DNA from: an uncultured Planctomycetota bacterium
GTDB lineage: Bacteria; Planctomycetota; Planctomycetia; Isosphaerales; Isosphaeraceae
Length of the DNA stretch: 25,219 nt
NCBI GenBank assembly: GCA_963823665.1
Contig: CAWGMQ010000009.1
Coordinates: forward strand, 1-25,219
Direction: 5' to 3'
This document shows, one piece after another, positions 18,993 to 25,219 of the stretch (positions are counted from its first letter, which is position 1; each line of letters starts with the position of its first letter). The notes beneath the pieces were generated by a model. The model saw nothing but the letters and a program-made list of their open reading frames with translations, was not told where the DNA came from and did no database searches. A program made the position numbers and the translations under genes.

Positions 18993-19865
18993 TCAGGGCG
19001 CCTTGACGGCCTTGGCCGCGGCGACCAGGGAGTTGATCGTGCGGTCGGCGACGCGGGTGGCTTCCATGGTCATCTGCGCGATTCGGTTGCGGAAGAATGC
19101 GAAGAAGAAGATGGCCGGCACGGACAGGCTCACGCCTTCGAGCGTGATGAAGAGAGCCGTCGAGATGCCCTCGGCGACCTTTTCGGGCTTCGGCTGGGCG
19201 CCGGCGGCATTGGCGATTTCCTGGAAGCTCATGATCATGCCCCAGATCGTGCCGACGAGACCGATCATCGGGCCGAGTGTGCCGATAATCGCGAGGTAGC
19301 TGATCTTCATCTCCAGCGTGGTGACGATCTCTTCGGCCGCGTTTTGCATGGCCTCCTTCGCCTCCGGCCGGCCCTGGGGGAGATTGGCGATGCCGGTGCG
19401 CACCAGCCGGGCGAGGAAGCTCTCGTTGTCCTTGCACGAGTCGTACGCGTCCTGGAACTTCTTGTCGCGGATCGCGGCCTCGAGTCGATCGACCAAGGCT
19501 GCCGGCACGGCCTCGCTCACGCGGAATTCCATGAAGAGCCGGATCACGAGTGCGCCGAAGTAGATCGACAGCAAGAGGAGCAAGCCACCGATCGGCCCGG
19601 AGGCGTGAATGGCCCACTGAAGCATGTTGCGGCGGGGCGGCGGAGTGGCTCCCGCATCCGCCGCGGGGGCCGCAGCGGTCTTGGCGGGTGCTTCAGCCTC
19701 GGCTGCCTTGTCCTTGGCCGGTGCATCACCCTTTGCCGGTTCCTGGGCGTTCGCGAAGCCGATACCTCCCCACGCCAGGCAGACCAGAAAGGCACTCGCC
19801 AGGGAAAACATCAACCACGCCCGGTCCGAGCCGTCGCCCGGGCGAGAGGTCCAAAGCTGCCGCAT
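18993..19865 (-). CDS. exbB: MotA/TolQ/ExbB proton channel protein with signal peptide and Ala/Pro-rich extension
   Basis: LAIIGTLGPMIGLVGTIWGMIMSF; AEGISTALFITLEGVSLSVPA. Confidence 0.94.
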   Translation of the reverse strand: MRQLWTSRPGDGSDRAWLMFSLASAFLVCLAWGGIGFANAQEPAKGDAPAKDKAAEAEAPAKTAAAPAADAGATPPPRRNMLQWAIHASGPIGGLLLLLSIYFGALVIRLFMEFRVSEAVPAALVDRLEAAIRDKKFQDAYDSCKDNESFLARLVRTGIANLPQGRPEAKEAMQNAAEEIVTTLEMKISYLAIIGTLGPMIGLVGTIWGMIMSFQEIANAAGAQPKPEKVAEGISTALFITLEGVSLSVPAIFFFAFFRNRIAQMTMEATRVADRTINSLVAAAKAVKAP

Positions 19866-19914
19866 CGAAGGAGTCTCCGCCTAGAGGTGCCATCGACCAG
19901 GTCCGTATTCTTTA

Positions 19915-19943
19915 AATATCGGACGGATCTGGCGCACTGTCAA
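19915..19943 (-). promoter_or_regulatory. Putative sigma-70 promoter of the exbB operon
   Basis: Minus strand TTGACA (19943-19938), N17, GATATT (19920-19915). Confidence 0.6.
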
Positions 19944-19964
19944 CTCCTCGCGGGGGTTGTGTCG

Positions 19965-22900
19965 TCAGTTTCTGCGCCGGACGTTCGAGCGTTGATTGAC
20001 GTCGCTCGGCGTGATGCTCACTACCCCATTCTTGACCACGTACGCGAGATCGAGCTGCGAGAGGAGGAGCCGCAGGCTCGTCTTGAGCGGCACACCTTCG
20101 AGCGTGACGACCAGAAAGACGGGTGACATCATGGTTTTTTGCACCTTCTGCAGCGCAATCGGGTCGACACTGATCATGAGGTCGGGCTCGCCCGCCGACT
20201 TCTTTGTAGCCGTCTTGATGTACTTGAGCACGTCATTGAGTGGGGTTGCGTGTTCGAACGACATGGTGATCGGCTGTTCGAGCTTTGTGTGCGTTGCCTT
20301 CGTCGCTGAAGAAGCGTCGACGGCAACGTTTACCCTCTGTCGCATGATCGCTTCGAGTCCCCTCGGTGAGCTGATGATCAGCACGTCATCCTTGACGCGG
20401 TAGACCAGGCCGAGTTGACCGACAATCTGCTTGAGCCCTTCCTTCAAGGCGACGCCGTTCACCTCGATCCTGACCGTCGACGTTGCGGCCCTTTGGACCT
20501 CCTCTAGCCCCAGAGGATCGACGTAGATTGGAACACCCGGGTCATTCGCACCCTGCTTGGTGGCGTTCTTGATATAGCTCAGGACATCGATAAGCGGTGT
20601 CGGCTCGGGAAAGTGCAGCGCGATTCGATTTTCAAGTCTCTTCAGGATCTCGTTTGTACCGACCGGGACCGGTGGGGTCGTGGGCTTCGCCGCCGGTGTG
20701 GCTTGCACGGTTGTCTTGGCGACCGTTTTCCCCGTTGTTTCATGCTTTGGCTCCCCGACCACGGCGGGCGCCGGAACCGCATAGCTGTAGCACTTGAATT
20801 GCCCCTGATCGTGCAGGCTCGTTAGTTTGACGTACGGCGTTCGTCCGCTATAGCCAGGAAGTCTCAACCCGTCGGCGGCATAGGCCCACTGAGGTTTGGC
20901 GGTTGCCGAATCCAGCACCACCCACACGCCATCGGCACCGAGGTAACAGGACGCCGCGGTGGCATAGCGGTTCGCGAGGGTTTTCGAGAGGCCGGCCGCC
21001 GTTCCCGTCTCGTAGAAACCGTCCCGGCCAAAGAGGGCCACGCAGGCATTCCCTGGTCCGAACGCGACAGACCGGATTTCAAGCCCGTGGCGCGCGCACA
21101 TTGCCGAGTGCATTGACGACGTCATCCGGCAAACTCTGCTGCTCGAAGCCGTTGCGTCCGTGAAGAATCAACCAGCCCCCTTCCTGACGGAACACGATCG
21201 ACTTGATCTCGGCGTCCTTGTCTCCCAGCGCAACGATTGCCTCGTACGCCGGGTCGGGAATTCCGTGGCAGTCGTACCCGCTCCGCCCATAAAGAAGCGC
21301 CCAGCCCCCGCCTGGTGCGAAGGCAACCCACTTTGCTTCGTCGTTATTCTTGGCCAGGTCTGCTAGCTTGCGGGTCATATCGTCGGGAATGTGCCCTTCG
21401 AATCGGTTACCCGCGGCTAGAAGAATCCAGTATGGCGCCCCTGCGGTCGACTTGAGTGACGCAAGCGTTGCGGCCGTCGCGTCTCGCTTTGGTTCCCGAA
21501 CAACCGTCGCGGCGCTGCCCACGGGCGGCGACGGCTTGGACTCCGGTGGTGGTTCGGGCACGGGCGTGCGCGTGGCGGCCACCTCCGGCGCGGAGCTGGT
21601 TCGGTCGCGCGAAAACAGAACGCCGGCAGCGATCGCGAGCAAAGCCACGGGCGCGGCCACGCCCAGGATCAAGCGGGCCGGGCTTCTCCTGGTGCGCCGC
21701 GACGGGGCCTTCGAGAGCCGCTTGAGCGGCGGCGGCGCACTGCCGCTACTTTTAGCCGCCGGCAGCGGCGGCGGGTGCACTTCCGACCGCACGTCCATGA
21801 CCAGGTCTTCGAGCGAGATCTCGTTCCCTAGCGAAAGCCCTTCATCCGGTTTGGGGCGCGCGAAGATCGACGGCTCCGCCTTGGTGCGAGGAGCTCCAGC
21901 GCGTTTGAGCACCGCTTCATCAAAGACCTTGAGCTCGGGCTTGGACCCAGCCGTGGGCGCCGGCGCTGCGCATTCTTGGCCGCTTCCAGCAGCGAAACCA
22001 GCTCGTTCGTCGACCCTGGCCGGTCTTCGGGCCGCTTGGCCATCATTTTTTGATACACTTCTTCAAGTGCGAGCGACACATCGGGCCGCGCCAGCCGCAA
22101 CGAAGGTGCCGGCCGTTCCATGTGGGCCATCAAACGCTTGAGTACGGTCTCGCCCGGGAAGGGCTCTCTACCGGTCAGAAGGTAAAAGAGCGTGCAGCCC
22201 AGGCTATAGATATCGGCCCGGTGGTCGACGCGGTGCGAATCTTCGGCCTGCTCGGGGGCCATGAAGTCAATCGTGCCCATGTACATGCCGCTCTCGGTGA
22301 GGCGGCGGGCAGCCGTCTTGTTGAACGGGTTGGCGGCGTCGGCAATCCGGGCCAGGCCGAGGTCGAGCACACGCACCGCCCCGGCTTGATCGAGCATCAG
22401 GTTGCCGGGCTTGATGTCGCGATGGACGATTCCCGCTGCGTGGGCTGCCTCGAGGCCGCGGGCGGCCTGGATCAGGCAGTCGACGGCCTGGCCAACTGGC
22501 AGCGGCCCGCGCTCGCGAACGATGTGGTCGAGGTCTTTTCCCTCGACGTAATCCATGACCAGAAAATGGACGCCGCGATCCTCGTCGGCGTCGAGTGCGG
22601 CCACGACGTTGGGATGCTTGAGCCGGCCCGCTGCCTCGACCTCGCGGCGAAACCGCAGCACGGCGCTTCGATCGCGTGCGAATGACGGCGGCAGAATCTT
22701 GAGTGCGCCCACCCGGCCCAGCCGACGGTGTCGCGCTTTGAAAACCATGCCCATTCCGCCCTGTCCAAGCTTGTCGAGGATCAGGTAGTTGCCGATCAGG
22801 AGCCCGCGGCTTTTTTTCTGGTACACCGCCGCGGCCTGATAGGCAGTGAGCTTGCCGGCCTTGATGAGGGCGCGCGAAATCCCGACCACGCCGTCGGCGG

Positions 22901-23129
22901 AATCGGCGGCGAAACCTTCGAGCTCAGTCTGCTCGATCAGCCCGATGTCGACCAGGTCGCGCGAGAATGCCGCGAGGCTCGCAAAGCCCGCGGCCGCCGA
23001 ACGATTCTCGGAGTCGGCCGGGTCTCCTCCGGCAGCGTGATTCTGTCGCGACGGCGCGACCGTGGCGGCGTCTTGAATGCCTCGCGGCGGCACTGTGACG
23101 GCCTCTGCGGTTTCATCGTGATCGGACAT
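19965..23129 (-). CDS. Membrane-anchored Hanks-type Ser/Thr kinase (~1054 aa) with ~43-aa repeats and two STN-like domains; compensating frameshifts at ~21970 and ~21097
   Basis: LGQGGMGMVFKA, ALKIL, HRDIKPGN, DLGLA, GTIDFMAPE, DIYSLG; TM LILGVAAPVALLAIAAGVLF. ORFs 21828..23129, 21079..21912 and 19965..21125 join into one coherent protein, and the first and last are in the same frame. Confidence 0.85.
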
Positions 23130-23224
23130 GGGAAAGTCTCCGATCCGAGCAGGGTTTCACCGCTTCACGTCGATGGATTCACGGAGAGCGGGCGCTCTGC
23201 GATCCCCGGCGCACGTGAAATGGG

Positions 23225-23254
23225 ATTCTAGCGGGATTGATCGTGCGATTGCAA
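23225..23254 (-). promoter_or_regulatory. Putative sigma-70 promoter for the kinase gene
   Basis: Minus strand TTGCAA-N18-TAGAAT, ~95 nt upstream of ATG 23129. Confidence 0.4.
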
Positions 23255-23365
23255 ACAGATTGACTAGCCACGACGTGGCAAATGCGGCGTCAAGACGTGC
23301 GAGAACGCGCGCCAGCACGGTTCCTGACACCAACCCGACTCGTGGCGAGTTGACCTGGCCGATCC

Positions 23366-24670
23366 TCAAGAGAATTCGGGACCAGTCATTGCCGCTATCG
23401 TGTGAATCGATGGGGATTCAGCCACGACGCCCTGCGATTCGCGGGTTTCGGGCATGGCCAGGGCGTAAGAGATCGCCGCGCCAGCGGCGATCGCCGCGAG
23501 CGTGATGAAGCCGGCGTCGAACCCAGCCGCCTTGACCACGAAGCCCGCCATGAGGTTGCTCAGGCCAGCACCGATCCCGGTCGCCGTGGCGAGTGCCCCT
23601 TGCGTGACGTTGAACCGGCCGGTCCCCTTCGTCAGGTCGGCCACGACCAGCACCGAGACGACCCCGAAGATGCCCGCTCCGATCCCGTCGAGGAGCTGGA
23701 CGCCGACGAGGTAATAGGGGTTGACGCTGAGGCAGTAGAGCAGGCCGCGAACGGGCAGTACCACGAAGCCGATCAGGAAGACCGGCTTGCGGCCCCAGCT
23801 CACCGCCAGTCGGCTGGCGGCGAGGGCCACCGGCACCATCACCACCTGGGCCGCGATGATGCAGGCCGACATCAATAGCGCTGCCCCCTCCTTCAGGCCG
23901 TCGCCCGACTTCTGGCTGACCAGGGGCAGCATCGCCGCGTTGGCGAAATGGAACAATACGACCGACGCGGCGAAGATTGCGATCCGGCGGTCTTTGAACA
24001 GATCGGCGATCCCGATGGCCTCATGGCTCCTTCCGTCGCCATCGTCGGCGCCGCAGGCGAGAACGTGGTCGATGTCCGCCTCGCGGATCAACATGACCGC
24101 GGTGGCGCCGGCGGCCGCCATGGCAGCGACGACAAAAAACAACGCGCCGTAGCCGAAAAGGTAGGCTGAACCCCCCATGAGGGCCGCCGCTGCGACGTTT
24201 CCGCCATGGTTGAACGCTTCGTTCCGCCCCGTCCGCCGCGGCATGGCCGCACGCCCGACCAGCCCCAGAGTCAGGGCCGCCACGGCGGGCGGAAAGATCG
24301 CCGCCGCCACCCCGATCGCCGCTTCGGCCGCGACCACCACCACAAGCGAGGGCACCAGATAGACCACAACGCAGCCCGCGGCGACCGCGACCGCCGCGAT
24401 CGCGACCGCCAGTCGCTTCCACCGAATGCGGTCGATGACGGCACCGGCGGGGGTTTGAGCCAGCACCGTTCCGATCTGTGACGCCGCCAGCGCGATCCCG
24501 ACGTTTCCCGGGTCCCAGTGATGACTCTCCCGCAGGAACGTGCCCAGGAATGGCCCCATCCCATCCCGCACGTCTGCGAGGAACACGTTCAGGCCGTCGA
24601 GCGCGCGGCGGCTCGTCTTCGACGGGTTTGGCTCATGGGAATCGTGCGTCGTTGTATCCGTGTCGGCCAT
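23366..24670 (-). CDS. MFS transporter (434 aa)
   Basis: ALDGLNVFLADVRDGMGPF, QTPAGAVIDR, GRNEAFNHGGN, LFHFANAAMLPL, DLTKGTGRFN, MPET; about 12 hydrophobic segments. Confidence 0.93.
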   Translation of the reverse strand: MADTDTTTHDSHEPNPSKTSRRALDGLNVFLADVRDGMGPFLGTFLRESHHWDPGNVGIALAASQIGTVLAQTPAGAVIDRIRWKRLAVAIAAVAVAAGCVVVYLVPSLVVVVAAEAAIGVAAAIFPPAVAALTLGLVGRAAMPRRTGRNEAFNHGGNVAAAALMGGSAYLFGYGALFFVVAAMAAAGATAVMLIREADIDHVLACGADDGDGRSHEAIGIADLFKDRRIAIFAASVVLFHFANAAMLPLVSQKSGDGLKEGAALLMSACIIAAQVVMVPVALAASRLAVSWGRKPVFLIGFVVLPVRGLLYCLSVNPYYLVGVQLLDGIGAGIFGVVSVLVVADLTKGTGRFNVTQGALATATGIGAGLSNLMAGFVVKAAGFDAGFITLAAIAAGAAISYALAMPETRESQGVVAESPSIHTIAAMTGPEFS

Positions 24671-24687
24671 CGTTCGGCTCTCCCGTG

Positions 24688-25219
24688 TTAATAGTGCACC
24701 AGCGCGAGCCAGGCGACGCCGACGAGTGTCGTGAGCATCGTCAGAGGGACACCGACCTTGAGATATTCCAGAAAACTCAGCTCGGTGCCCGCGCGGCGGG
24801 CGTTCTCGACCACGATCAGGTTCGCCACCGAGCCGAGCACGGTCAGATTCCCGGCGAGCGTGCTCGACATCGCAAGGGCCAGCCAGGCCAGTTCCTTCTG
24901 AGGCATGACTTCCATGAGCGGCTTGAACAAGAGCACGGCCGGGACGTTCGACACGAGGTTCGACAGAAGCACCGACAGCCCGCTAACCAGCACCACCGGC
25001 GACTCCAGCAGGGCATGGCACTGTTCCAGGCCCAGAGTTTGGACCACGCTTGCCTCGAAGGCGTGGACCACGACGAACAGGCCGGCGAACATGACCAGGA
25101 GCGGCCAGTCGACCGAGCGGAACACTTTCTCAGGGCGAACGCGACCCAGCAGCAAGACACCCGCCGCGACGAGCGCCACGAGTGCGATCGGCTGTCCTGC
25201 GAAGAACAAACCGACCGTG
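24688..25219 (-). CDS. ArsB/NhaD (ion transporter superfamily) anion permease, 3' part only
   Basis: VDWPLLVMFAGLFVVV, LSNLVSNVPAVLL, SSTLAGNLTVLGSVANLIV, SFLEYLKVGVP; frame is open to the window edge. Confidence 0.9.
   Translation of the reverse strand, partial: TVGLFFAGQPIALVALVAAGVLLLGRVRPEKVFRSVDWPLLVMFAGLFVVVHAFEASVVQTLGLEQCHALLESPVVLVSGLSVLLSNLVSNVPAVLLFKPLMEVMPQKELAWLALAMSSTLAGNLTVLGSVANLIVVENARRAGTELSFLEYLKVGVPLTMLTTLVGVAWLALVHY

Noticed and set aside
21079..21980. Programmed frameshifting yielding kinase isoforms
   Set aside because: No slippery heptamer at either junction, and the same indel pattern affects many unrelated genes in the window.
9307..23300. 12-bp inverted match gcacgtcttgac (9307-9318) / gtcaagacgtgc (23289-23300) as element ends
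   Set aside because: 12-mer matches are expected by chance in 25 kb; no transposase or target duplication, and one copy overlaps the GH9 start codon.

Overview
GC-rich bacterial DNA. The gene content points to Planctomycetota, probably Isosphaeraceae (inference): a DUF1549/DUF1553 + DUF1501 pair, a GPTAVEY-type Flp pilin, a Uma2 nuclease, a DLG-type Hanks kinase, a PEP-CTERM remnant and GGTGTC-core intergenic repeats. Left to right the window holds a secreted protein with a Cys-less thioredoxin-like domain, a ~1.9 kb patch of repeats and gene fragments, an orphan Flp pilin, Uma2, a TlpA oxidoreductase, a secreted GH9, a rhomboid with a coupled hypothetical gene, a lipoprotein, DUF1501/DUF1553, small membrane proteins, an exbB-exbD-exbD-hypothetical operon lacking tonB, a ~1050-aa receptor-like Ser/Thr kinase, an MFS and a partial ArsB/NhaD-type permease. 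About ten frameshifts in otherwise intact genes look like sequencing or assembly indels. I found no rRNA, tRNA, CRISPR array, transposase, integrase or reverse transcriptase. The best candidates for novelty are the STN-like-domain kinase next to the TonB-less ExbBDD module and the 54-bp direct repeats around a gene fragment; both remain hypotheses.
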